Shown here piece by piece: positions 11,345-24,100 of a DNA stretch of 64,000 bases. Made by a program: the position numbers and the translations under genes. The first letter of the stretch is position 1, and each line of letters begins with the position of its first letter. The notes beneath the pieces were generated by a model that made no database searches, was not told where the DNA came from, and saw only the letters and a program-made list of their open reading frames with translations. Origin of the DNA: Lophium mytilinum (taxonomy: Eukaryota). Location of the stretch: positions 1,813,918 through 1,877,917 of the forward strand of contig MU004188.1 of NCBI GenBank assembly GCA_010093605.1. The letters are read 5' to 3'.

Positions 11345-12770
11345 CTACTCGGCATCCTCTTCAAGCTGGTCGCCGAATTTCGCCAACCGCGCCTCCTCCT
11401 CGGCGTCATCACGCTTTCCGATGGTCCGCCTGAACTTTTCGGTCCCGTCCGCGATAGAAGCCTTGATGACACGGCGATCGAAGTTCCTACCATTCATGAG
11501 TTTGACGCATGCGTCAGCCGCTTCGACGCTGGAGAATCTGACAGTGGCGATCCCGTCCTGCTCGAGATCGAAGACGGTCACGTTGGCGACGGTGCCGAGG
11601 TCCTTGAATTTCTCCTCACACTCGTCCATAATGTCGGTCTTGATCTCTTTGAGCGCGTCTGGGTCCTCTGCAAGTCCCTCGAGCGTGAACATATTCGTCA
11701 GAACGACCATCTTGTCGTACTTGCTGGCCGCTTTTGGCTGTGGGGACTCTTCATCATCGTCCCAATCCATCAGCTTCCTGTGAGATGTTAGACTTTTCTG
11801 GCTTGACCTGTAGTCTGAATTACGCACGCGTTCAGTTTCTCGAGATTCTTGACGATTCGGTTCTTCTCCTTGCCGACTTTGACAGTCTTCTTCTTTTGTT
11901 TCTTGTACTTGGTCTCCGCGACGGTGACGCGGATGATGCCGGGAGGGCCCTTCTGTCCGATACGGAAGTCAGACTCATCGGCCATTTCAATGGCCAACTG
12001 GACGGATTCTGGGCGGTGGTACACGATAAGGGCATCACCCTTGAAGTTGCCGTCGTCGTCGGTGTACAGCTTGACCCGGGGATTTCCGGTCTCCGTAGAG
12101 AGAGCAATGACGCCGTAACGGGCGAATTCAGTCGAAATTTCTTCCTCAGTCGCATCAGGGGGAAGTCCTGTGACGTAGACCGCGCAGTTCGGCTTCTCCG
12201 CGCGCTCAGCCTTCTCAGCCTTCTTACGCTTGGCGCCCTGAAGTGGCAACATTGTTAGCTGCGATGACAGTGTCTTGAGTGGACTGGGGTACTTACGGTC
12301 TCGTCGTTCTCCTCGCTCTTGCGCTTGTTTGGGGGGTTGTGGGTAAGAGCACTGTGGGACTCGCGGAGCTCGCGTAGCCCGTCCGACTCGACAGCATCTT
12401 GATACTGGCGGATACGCTCCGCGTCAATCAAGTCATCGGACGGATTCTCATGCTGGTATTGAGAATAAAAATCTTCATCACCAAACTGTTCCTCCTCACC
12501 GGCCTGTGTTCAGGAAAGATTAAAATGCCGTCCAGAGAGAGCAGCGCGTTTCGCGTATCATAGATGCATCATGCCGGTATCGGCTACACGGGATGCCAGT
12601 CTCTGACGAGGAGTACGTGCCTTGATAGTCCAACGGGCTGGATCTCCTCCGTACTCCCATTCTTCTCCATTCTCATCCTCGAGGCAATAGTTGCCTTGGA
12701 TCTTGTCCCGGTAAACACGGACGTCGCTCTCGAATTCCTCAGCCGTGCGCGGGAAGGGTTTTACAACCAT
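11345..12770 (-). CDS. CUS2: U2 snRNP-associated splicing factor (Cus2/Uap2/HTATSF1 family), RRM + UHM, 4 exons (12770-12621, 12503-12297, 12237-11828, 11777-11345)
   Basis: NCAVYVTGLPPDAT, PRVKLYTDDDGNFKGDALIVY, KLMDWDDD, VVLTNMFT and LMNGRNFDRR. The first intron has a GC donor. Confidence 0.85.
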
Positions 12771-13027
12771 CCTGGAGAATGTCTGCTATTTCGTAGTATG
12801 CTGAAAGACCACGGACTGCGAGCTCTGGCTGGCCTTGATAGTGTTAGACTCAATGGGGGAATCTCTTTTGCACCTCGCTGTGCAGTTGTAAATGCTTAAG
12901 GATTTAATGTGTGTTTCTGGTGAGGTTGTGGTGGTTCAGAGGAAGCTGGACGCTCTAGGCAGGATATAAGGTTAGAATGTCGCCAAGGCGCTAGCTGGCT
13001 AGGTCAGCTGCTCATTGGCCACCTTCC

Positions 13028-13279
13028 TCGTGCACCTGTTATAGAAATCCGTACACTCGTTTACCACTGTCTGAGGAGCCTCAGCGTATTTTCAGCGTTC
13101 CGAATCAGAGAAAAGTACAGCAGTTTGGACTACCAGTAAATTTGCGAGGCTGCTCCAGACAGTGTCAACATGGTGTACACAGATTAATAGTGTATCCGCT
13201 GCCTGCGGCTTCTAATAGTACTTGGGGGCACCTCAAACAATGGTAGGAAAGTGTACGGATATCTATGGCAAAGCACCTC
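13028..13279. mobile_element. Degenerate MITE copy or copies of the same family
   Basis: Inverted arms ATAGAAATCCGTACAC / GTGTACGGATATCTAT, with adjacent sub-terminal motifs (TTACCACTGTCTGAGGAGCC; GGCACCTCAAACAATGGTA). Confidence 0.45.
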
Positions 13280-13538
13280 ACATCTAGTTGTCCCTTGGAC
13301 CGTCGTGGCGCAACGCTCGGAATTTTTTGTTGAACACACTGTGTAAAGTGTCAGTCTGACACCGTTTGAGGTGGCCCACAAGGCTTTTAGTCTTCTCAAA
13401 ACTGTCCTTTTCTAATCTCTTATAATGTACTACAGGACCCCAGGCGGTGCTAGGCTAGTGTATGAAAGGCCTAGAGGGCATGTATTGCTTAAGTATTTTG
13501 CTGCAGCTCTTATTACTTGAAGCTTTCTATTACTTGTA

Positions 13539-13763
13539 CATATAGGCCATAAGTTTCTGCACACGGATACCACTACTTAATGGCCGCTTTTGCAACCTGG
13601 ACGCCACTGTCAGGGGCGGCCCCATTGCGAGGATTCCTCTTGGTTAAAAGGAGGCTTAGATCACGCAGTGCAAAACTGGACATGACACCTACGTCGTGGT
13701 CTCCCCACAGGGGCACTCCTGGCAGTGGCAACCGAGTGTGCACAGAGTTCTAGCCTGTTACTG
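13539..13763 (-). mobile_element. Full-length ~225-bp MITE copy
   Basis: TA|CATATAGGCCATAAGTTTCTGCACAC ... GTGTGCACAGAGTTCTAGCCTGTTACTG|TA. The internal GACGCCACTGTCAGGGGCGGCC matches the family core. Confidence 0.65.
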
Positions 13764-14174
13764 TATTCTTATCGATATCGTAGAGCTAAATGCAACGGGC
13801 AAGGGACTGAGACGGTCAAGCTCAAAGGAGAAGCATACTGGTAGAAATACATTCATTACAGGACGTGATTTTTGGTAAATCGCCCACCAAGATCTCTAGA
13901 CATAGTTTGCGGCGGCATCCCAGAACCTGGCTCTGCCACTCAGGCAAACGATTGATCCAGAATGCTTCCCAGCGCGTGGACTAAGACAAGGAAATAGTTC
14001 GCAAGAGTAGTGGATCTTCTCAGAGATCGTTCAAACAAGTCTTTCGCAAATCTTTGCAGCCGCTCCATTACACAAAAGGTTTATCGCCGATACGCCTAGC
14101 ACCCTACAGTTACATCCAAAACACCTGTAGAAGTGCACCCAAAAGAGCCGAAGGTTGAAGCGAAGTGCTCAATG

Positions 14175-15980
14175 CTAATGCTGGAGGAAATGGCCTGCGG
14201 AATCAACCGAGTCGTGATTCTTCTCGTGCTGTGGTCCGCCCGCCATGTTGTGTTGATCGTCCGACTGCGACAAGTCATCTTCTTCATCGTCGGTGACCTT
14301 CACCTCGCGGGTGAGCTCGACGTAGTCATACTATTGCATGATTAGTGTCGGTTTGAGTAATTAAGGGGCACTAGAAGACTTACAGCAAATTCGCCAATCT
14401 CCACATCGTCAATACCAAGGATCTCTTCTTCTTCGGTAGCACGAAGTTTCAGAGCCGGCACAAATTTTCCAATGCCGTCCAAGCAGCCCAGGATGATGCA
14501 GGTTCCGCCAAACGAGTAAACACCTCCAGAGATCGAGTCAGCTAGCTGGTAAGCGAGCTGAATCCAGTGGTGGTTCAACCAGCCACCGTCGATGTGGCTA
14601 AAGCCATCGAGATGCGCTATGTAGTCCCTACAGGGTGTTAGTGTTCTAATCCTTAAAGCCAATCGGAGTGTACATACGCAGCGAAGAAGGCAGTAAGGAT
14701 GTTGCCAACGAAACCACCAACGGCATGAACAGCGAAGATGTCTAGAGCATCGTCACAACGAAGGAAGTACTTCAGCTTCGTAGCGTAGTTGCAAGCAATG
14801 CCACCGCAGACACCGTAGACGACCGCCGACCAGGCGGGGACGTAACCCGATCCCGGTGTGATTGCCACCAGTCCAGCTATCACCCCAGAGCAGAAGCCCA
14901 CGGTAGACCACTTACGTTCCAGACGGTAATCGACCAAGCACCAAGTCATGCCACCAACACACGCAGCCAGGTTGGTGACAACGGCAGCCATGACAGCGCG
15001 GAGGTTGGCGGACAAGGCTGAACCGGCGTTGAAGCCGAACCACCCCACCCAGAGGAAAACAGTGCCGATGACGATGTGGGTGACGTTGTGCGGGCGGTAG
15101 TTGAGCTCCTGAGTACCATGGCCCCTCCTCTTTCCGAGCATGTAGGAGTAAGCCAGTGCCGCAGTGCCGGAGGAGATATGGACAGGGGTTCCTCCAGCAA
15201 AGTCCAGGCCGCCCATCTTGTACACCCAGCCCTGAGGATTCCAGGTCCAGCAGGCGATCGGGTCGTAGATGACAGTGGTCCAGACAAACATGTAGATGAT
15301 ACAGGGCAGCATTTTGCCGCGCTCGGCGACAGCACCAACAGCTAAAGCAACACTGCACATCTGCGGTTAGGTATGCCCGGTGCTTTTCTCAGAGGAAGAA
15401 CCTACGTGATGGCGGCGAACATGCCCTGATACACAGCGAATAGCAAGTCGGGAATGCGGACGCTGCCGACGGAGGGGGCCGCGAGGACATCTTTGAAGCC
15501 GAAGTTATCTAGGGCTCCGATGTACTTTCCCGCCTTGTGGGAGAAAGTCAGGGAGTAGCCCCAGAAGAACCATTGGAAAGATACGACTGCAGTGGCCATG
15601 ACGGACAGCCATAACAGTGACAAGGCGGACTTCCGCCTCGCCAGACCAGAGTAGAAGAAGCTGCATTGAGTCAGATATGTGAGCTTGTGACTCTGAGAGC
15701 TGAGACTGCTCGGGGAGCTGCTTACCCAACACCTGGAATCATGAGCAAGACGAGTGCGGTGGAGGTTATCATCCATGCGATATCGCCCGCCTGTCATCAC
15801 GAGTCAGCCACGGCAATTGAGGGGAATCACGCGAGCTTCGCGCTACAGCTGGAGAGGGCGTACATTGTAGAACACGTTGAGGTCGTAGAGCAGCGAGTCG
15901 CCGCCGGTCGCGATGGAGCCATTGTTGAAGGGCTGGAGGGGAACATAGGGAAGAGGCTGGGGGTCTGTTGCTTCGGCCAT
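14175..15980 (-). CDS. Ammonium transporter (Amt/Mep family, MeaA-like), multi-exon
   Basis: GDIAWMITSTALVLLMIPGVG, FAVYQGMFAAIT, LDFAGGTPVHISSG, LWVGWFGFNAGS, DDALDIFAVHAVGG (twin His) and GIDDVEIGEFAYDYVE. Confidence 0.93.
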
Positions 15981-18900
15981 GGCGAACTACGGACACGGCC
16001 TGGAGAGAGCGGTGCGAGCCAGTTTCTCAATAATGCAGCAACGGAGGGTCGGCGTCAAGTCACTTGGTGGTTCCCAGAGAGTGGTTCTGGGTCCTGAAGG
16101 ATGCGAAGGGTCCGGTGGGTGAGAAACGGGCGGCGGTTCGTCGTGTTAGTGAGGGGGCTGGCGTTCAGGGATGCGGAGCGAGGGCTTGGCGTGCAGAATC
16201 GTCGCGGGTTGATGCCAGGAGACTTCCAGCAGCAGCCGTGTCTTAGTGTCGGGCGCCGTCCGGGCGTTGGGGATTGATATACGTCGGGCCTGGAGGAGGT
16301 GAGGTGTGCAGCCAGCGAGAATGCAGCACGGCTGGGAATCAGGGGCCGTGTCCTATTTCAACGACGGACGGGTGCCCTTGATCGCAGGGCAGGGCTCCAC
16401 CAAAGCTACGGCACCACCCACTGACCACCACACGGCTGGGTGGCCTGGCGGGCTGGCCATTCGCCGGGCGGCGTAGTAGGCGTGGCGGACGGTGGGGGAC
16501 AACTGCGCCAGATGCGTGACACCGGCAGCGGCCTGGCGCCATCTCGCGATCCAGCTCGGGACTGCCAATCGGGCCCGCGGGATGCCGTGGACGCAGGCCG
16601 GGACCGTGTTTGCGTGAGTCGAGTGCGCTGCTCGTGTGCGTGTTGCATGCGTGCGCGGCGCCGGCTGCACTTTGTTTGTGGTGGAGCAGAAGACGCCGTC
16701 GACGACTCCCGGGCGTGCCAATGTGCTGTGCCAGTGTGCCAGTGTGCCAGTATCAGGGCGGCCAAGAGCTGCGCTCGCATTGCCGCTGGCGTCCGCTCCT
16801 ATCAGGCGGCCGGTGATGGGTGACATTTTGAAAGAAGAAATGTCCTTATCGCAGTGTCCCGCCCGCCAAGCCTATACTAAGCTTTCCGACCCTGGAGACC
16901 GGCCGGATTGGCTCTGAACCTTGAAGGCCTGCGCCGTTGCCGGGAGCACACGGCCGCTGTCGCCGTATTCAACGCCAGCCCGCTGCAATATGCCCAGATA
17001 CCCTCGCCAGAACTGCAATCAACACTCGCCGGAGAGGCTGCTGCCTCTCTCTGGCTGCTGGCCCTTCTCTTGGCCACGGGCTATGGGCGAGTTTCGCGAG
17101 CATCTCCAGCGAATTTTGCGAAACGGCCCTTTTGTGGCTTCCTCTAAGGCCCTAGAGGCGCTCCCTACGCCCTACCTCCCACCCCACCCCCTCTACATAG
17201 CCCACCACCCCACACATCCCGCAGCGTCGAAACGAGGCTCTATTCCGGCTTGCGAACTCCAACAGTGCGCGTTTGCCATGCGCCTCACTAGCCATCTCCT
17301 GCAGTAGCGACCCCGACGGCGTGGAGAAAGGGTCCCTCTCCATGCTTCACCTGCGCGTCCATATTGCTTTTCTCCTCCAAAATGCACCCCTGCCGTTATA
17401 TGTAGCAGATTCTCTCCCAGCACTCCCCCTCTGGCCTCAAGTCCTCCTCATTCCCTTTCTCCTCCACCATTTGTCGCAACTTCGCGCTCCGTCTTCTGGG
17501 GTAAGCGATGCGGTGCAGCGATAAGAAAACACCGCTGCTTCATTGGTGTCTGGAAACGAGAAGGCGGCGCAGGCAGACTCACACCACGCACCGGACTTCG
17601 TGACCGGGCCCCGACGATCTCGAGACTCTGGGGTACGGCAGCCAGCCCTCTCCGTCTCGTGTCACTGCGTCTGTTCCCGTACGCGATCGAATAAAAAGCC
17701 AAGCTTCTTACCTAGAGGTCAGCAATCCATCTACCCCCCCGCAGGCCTGCCTCAGAAGCAGCCAATTTCCGAGTGCCTCAAAGTTGGCAACCTTCTTGTC
17801 GCCGCGCCCCTCTCATGTCGTGCCGGACCGCCCATCACTGTCTGTGACATGCTGGAGCCGCCTCTGTAGCAGCCAGAGAGGGTGCGTACAGAACGGAAGG
17901 TCGCACAGGATGCTTGTTCGCCCAGCCAACCAGCCCACAACGTCCGGCAAAGCCGGGTAACACGCCCTTTGAGCGCGAGACTGGATGAAGTCGTAAGTGT
18001 GAGTGTGTACAGCGTTGCACTGAACCGCTGGAGAAAATCCCAGCGCCTCCACTCAAATCCCGCTGTCTACTTCCCGCCCCCAGCATCGTGTCGTTGACGC
18101 CCCCCCGCCATCTGGACCGTGACCGCGTTTCCTCTGTTTCACAGACGCGGCTCCTAGGTGCTACAGATGGTTGTCATTCGCACGTCTCCGTCCAACGTCG
18201 CTGTGCCACTGGCGCCGCGAACTTTTCCCGATTCCATCTCCTAGTATAACAGAACGAGGTTCCGTCACTCTACCCCTTGAGGCCTAGAAAGTCGAAGCTC
18301 AAGGCGGACTGATCTACACAGGCAATCTGGCGGGAGTCGCTCAAAGCAATATAAGATCCGGATTACGGTAGGAAAGCTAGTGCGGGCTCCCCCGAAGCAG
18401 CGGTATGCAAGCTGCGCTGTCTTCACGCTGCGTTCGCCAGAAGCGGATGCAGGAACGTAGTGACCCATACACGACGGCAGAGCGTCTGATGATGCTGTCC
18501 GGAGACCTCCCAGTGTCGCGACAGGAAGCACTGCTCGCATCTGGCATCCAACGAAGCCAGCATTGCGAGTGCGTATGCGAAGATGATGATGGCCGTGAAC
18601 GTTGTGATCGGTGAGGACGTGCGACATGCCAAATTTAGGTAAAGAGCCGCGTAGGCCCACATGATCCGCATGCTACGGTGGGGCCGTCGATCGTGTCGAA
18701 GGCGGCGAGGAAGGTGCGTGGAACGAATCTTAAACCGATATTCTTCCTGTATCCTTCTGTGCTTCGAGCATTGATTTTCAGTGACTTTCATTTACTGCGA
18801 AGGCGGCGGTACGTTCACCACGACCATTGCTTCTCCCAGGCTCCCTGCGAACCTTAGACCTTCTTTTCCAGCATTTCAGTTCTTTAATCATAAAGCCCAG

Positions 18901-21179
18901 AGTTTCGTCAGTACTGTTGTCGTAGTAATCAGCATCTTGCTCCAACTCGTAGAGCGATGTAGTAAACTGTCAACGTAGACTATGCAGGCAACTGTGCCGC
19001 CAAGGAAACATTCATTCAGTATACTGAAAATCACCCTGGCCTGACTCCGGCCCGGTCCGGAGAAATACAGTGGTGGCGTGTCGTTGGATGTTAGAGCGTT
19101 CGGTGCTTTACGGAAGATTGGCCGTTGTTGCAACCTTCCTCATCTGTGCGGTTCGAGATAGAGCCCCTTCCGAAGACCACGGCAAGTTTCTAAACTGTTT
19201 AGAGTTCAAGACCGAAACGGAGACTTCATGCTCGGAGCTTTCGTATGCCGAAAGGTCTGTTGAGGCAGCTTGAAGGGGGCCATAGAAGTGTCTCCTGAGA
19301 GATGACTAGGCGGTAATGTGTTTCTTTCTAGTGTCTAGGAAACAGCAACCTCATGTCGCTCTTTCCGTCTTTCCTTGCGCTATCAGTCATGCTTTCCGGA
19401 GCAATTGTGATTGTGACGATATTTGGCTCGGGGGAAAGTTGCGCAAGTGTTCTGCTAACTCTCATGCAGTCTCTCTATGACCAAGCCATTATAGTAATTT
19501 GTATAGTCTGGCTCGTCTCTGAGTAGCTAGTCAGCGTATAGTCAATATCACGCACAGCTACTCAGCAAACCGCGTTAATCGATCTGCTACTTTGAATCAT
19601 GGACGACACAGCCAAAGACGCTGGGTGATTGATGGAGAGAAACCGCGAGGTCGAAGGAGCGTGTCCTGGCTTACACTTCTCTAGACGACATTCCGGTTAC
19701 AGCTTACCCTGCAAGCTACACGTCTTGCAGCAAGCATTGATCAGAGACGAGCTCGAGGTTTGGGCAAGGCCGGTTTTCTCAGTGACGGAGCCGGGATCTC
19801 GTTCGTCGTTGGGGAGTCTAGCTTTTTCCGGGTCCTGTATACTTGATGAGAGAACCTAGAGCCTTCAGGTATGTGGGCTGAAAGGAGGCTAATGATAGCA
19901 GGTGCTTCAAGCCAGGGCCATGCCGATGGCCATATTCCCACTACTTACATCCACGTGCACCATTTTAGCAACATCATGGGAAATGCTTCTGGGTGTCGAT
20001 ATCCCTATATTGGATTCTTAACAAGTGTGAGACTGGAAATATTGTCAGTAAATTATTGTCATCCTTGTTCCCAGGACATGTAGCCCTGTGCGTCCCAAGT
20101 AGACTTGATAGTGTCGATCTTTAATTGAGTAGCGACCCCCAACAGCCTTGTGGATAGGCTCTTTCTTGACATCCCACGAGCGATAGGGCTGTCACCCGGA
20201 CCAAAGACTAGCGGGGAGCGGAGCCAACATCAAACCATGAATTTTAAGAGGCGAAGATCGGGGGATATTGATGGAGATTAAGATGGTCCAGAACATTTTT
20301 TCTCCCCGCTGAAAAGGCAGGATTGGATTGGTCGAGCGGGAAACCCCACGAGTTCTAATTTCAGCCCCACACGCAGATTCGGATTGACAGATAAACGATT
20401 CTAATGGACAAGGGGCCTGGCAGGGGAACTTTTCGTTAAATAGGTTTGACACTGGGGTCTGCAATTCCGGACTTCTTGCGTCCGAATTTTGGGAGATAGC
20501 CGCTCTCGCCCCTATCAACAAATTCGTAAGCTACGGGCGAGTTGAGATGAGGCCGGTTTTGACGCCGACGCCGACGCTGGAGCTAGGTGCTAGTTGCATA
20601 GTATTTGGGTGGTTCTCCTCGTTTCGAGGGGATATGCATTTGCAGGTTACGCGTGGTAGACAGCTTCTTTTAGTGATAGACAGGTAGAGTGTTAATATAC
20701 AGCAGTGGGCAGTCTGTGAGTTGCTGTCTTGGACTATTGAAAAGCTGCATCGGATGCTAGTCTGGACGGAATCCTTCTAGGCACTACGCAGTAGTTCTCG
20801 TCGGCTCTCTGGCATGGTCAATATCAGTCTTGTCTAGCCGATGAACAAACATATGTGAACCAAATGCCACTTGCAGTCTGGACACGGCGCTTTTATATGT
20901 AGAGTCAACGAAGCAAGAGAGGCCGGGGTAGGGCAGTGGGAGGCGAAACCTGGAAGCAACCTGGGAGCTCTGCGAGGCAAGGAACAGGGCACGGGTGAAC
21001 ACGAGAGAGTGAGGCCATCAAAACCAACCTCAGAACGCGTCTCGAAACTTCAGCGTCGCCATCGGTGAAGCTCTCGTGTTCTTTGTTCGAACGGCCTCTG
21101 ATACTCCACATCGCACCGCCACACCCCGTTCTCCACTCGCGAGCCCAAGGGCAGCATTTGCCGATCCATCCTCGTCATC

Positions 21180-24100
21180 ATGAGTGATCCCTCTCGCGGC
21201 GTGCGCTTCACCACCGCCCATGCCGACACCTCCTTCGACACGCGCTTCGACACCCAAAGCCTGCCAGTGATGGAGGCCCAAGATATTGTCGCGCACGACT
21301 CCGGCTCGGGCTCGTCTGGCGACTCGGATCAGGAGGGCCCTCTCGGCCACGGCCATCGCCACGACTCCATCGGCGACGCGGCGCCCCAGTATCAGTTTGC
21401 GCCCGCCATGTCCACCACGCCGCTCGAAGAAATCCCTCCGGTTAATGGCAATAGTGCTGGCTATGGCTGGTCAGCACCGCCCGCTCCCTTCCGCAGGGGC
21501 ACGGCTACGGCGACGAATGGAGGATTTGAAAACCCTCCCCCCATCCAGACCAACGGCATGACCGCAGCCCGTACGGCGCGGCCCGGCGCCGTGAGGACGC
21601 CCTCAAATGCTTATGCGCCTGCGCGTCGGCCAGGCCAGTTCCCCGTCAACACAAATGGGGGTCGCCATAGGAACTCGTCGACGAATCGGTCCCGGCGGAA
21701 TAATCCTAACGCAGAATATCGCGCGCAGGAGAAGGCATATGTGCAGCGGATACGGCAGGAAAACGAGCAAGACGAATTCTTCACGGACCTGCGGACTCCT
21801 AGCATCGGCTATAGCACAGAAGACTCGGAAACCGACGAGGAGTCTCCCTCGACGGCAGACTATATCGAAAACGACCCCTACGACCAGGAGACCCTGCTAT
21901 ACTACGGCAATAATGATATGCTGCCGTCAGTGGAGGAGCTCAAAATACCAGCAAATCGCGAGAGGCTGGAGTGGCATTCGATGCTGGCCAGCGTCTTGAC
22001 GGGAGACGTTGTCAAGCAGGAAAAGAAGAGGTTGATTGGAAGCACCGAGCAGCAAGGCGACAACAGCTTGAAAGCCGAAATTTGGATTGGTGTCAGGGCC
22101 AGGGTCTGCGGACGGACTTTACAAGCACAACGGCGGGTGGTCGAGGATGGGAGATCTCAAATCAAGGCCAGCATCGAAGCTATAGTATCTTTCGAGATCA
22201 AAGGCGAGGCTGAAGCCGGCCAATCAGCCACCCAGCAGGTGGAGGAAGTGGTAAAGAAGATTGAAAAGTGCGAGAACCTCTATCCGACAAGACTTGCCCT
22301 AGAAACTGCTCACCCCAGGGCAGCATCTACAGGCTACAAGGAGAGTTGTGAAGCGGTTATTGCTTGGCATAACACTACTCAGCTCATCAACACCGAGCTA
22401 GGCATATTGAGGAGCTGGGTAGGAAATGACGAGCTCGACTTCTCGAAACCTCGGAACTCCAGCAACGATAGCCATCTGACGGACGATGCCTCCTTCATTG
22501 ACAGGATTTTGAAAGAAGATGGACTTAAATCACTTCAAGGCGAAAACAACCTTCTAGTTGGATTGAACAAGGTGATCAACAAGGCAAAGGCCACGCTTAT
22601 TGCGAATGCCTCTGCGTTTGCGGATCGACATCTGCCACCATACATCGAGGAGCTACTCACTCTGATTAACTTCCCGTCTCGCCTCGTCCAGGAGATCATC
22701 AAAATGCGGCTTTCGTACGCCAAGAAGATCAAGGACCCCGCTCAACAAGGCATCATGATGGCGGAGCAGATGATTTCACAGTTCCAGATCCTTCTCACGC
22801 TTGCAACCAAGATCAAGGAAGCTTACACAATCGTTTCCCAACCCGAGCGGGGCTGGGAGCCACCGCCTTGTATCGAAGAAAATTTCGACAACGTTGTTTT
22901 AGACGCTCTGAAGTTTTACTTCAAGATGCTGAATTGGAAACTGTCCGCGAACAAAAACACTTTCAAGGAGGCCGAAATTCTTGAGCAGGAGTGGGAGTTT
23001 TCGAACAAGCTTGGAAGACGGTTAGAAGGCGGAGACGTCGAGGTTGCAGAACAGTTCAGGTGAGATTATGAGAGTCTCATGATATTTGACAAGGCTAATG
23101 TGCAATCCAGTTCTCTTACCTCCAAATCATTGGCACGTCTGACTGGTCACTTCGAGAAAGAGCTTCAAAGGCGCCCAGAAGAGGTTGCGGGAGCTGAAAT
23201 GGATAAGCGCTACAAGCAGATTCTGGATTCCGTACGAGTACGCCAAAGGAAGCTTTTCCGATTCTCGAGAATCCTCACGCAACGATTCGAAAACTGCACA
23301 GAGTATAACCTCAACATTGATCCCATGCAGCTCAATGATCTGTACGATGCTCTCGTCATGTCTGGTCATTTTCTGGTCGAAACTCATGGCGGCGATAACT
23401 TTGGACTATACATCCTGGCTTCTCCAGCTTTGGAGGGCCGACCAGCAGACATACAGTCATTGCTCACTACTTGCTATCACGCCGAAGACAATCCGGAGGA
23501 CCCTTCCAACCCTTACGTTCTCATCCTTAAACCTGAAGATCCAATGTTCTGGTCAGGACGGAACTTAGCGGCCGACATCCGCGAGCCTCACCTAGATCTC
23601 AAGACCAGCCGTCTACGACTCATTGCCGATGGCTCACAGCAACGTTTGGCAAATGCGAATGCAACTTTCATGCAAGCGATTGGCGTGGACCTCACCAAGC
23701 TCATTGAACAGAGGGCCAACCTACCTCGAGTCAACCAAGAACTCCAAAAGATCAAGAAAACGGCGTACAAGCTGTCCAACACCATCATGGACAGTGTGGA
23801 GATTATCCGAAAGCAGACTGTGGGCTTAGAATGCCAGGAACTCATCCAGACCTGCTTCGCCTTCGCCACAGAATTTGGTCAGCGTTCGGTCTACTACATG
23901 GACCACAATCGACGGGCGCTGAATAACCTCAAGCTTACGAGACTCGCGTTGGACTGGGTGAGCTTCATTTGCGATGATTGCGTTGCATCCGATCGCAAGA
24001 CGTTCCGATGGGCTGTCGTAGCCCTAGAGTTTGCAATGATGATGACTCGCGGACAAAACATACTGTCCATCAGCGAAGGAGAGTATGCGAAATTGCGAGC

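Noticed and set aside
16064..18100. Dense set of 60-157-aa ORFs upstream of the ammonium transporter
   Set aside because: Arg/Ala/Pro-rich products of GC-rich non-coding DNA, with no recognisable domain or consistent splice structure.
18265..18791. Minus-strand ORF with a hydrophobic stretch (FTAIIIFAYALAMLASL)
   Set aside because: No recognisable family or clear gene structure; cannot be supported without a search.
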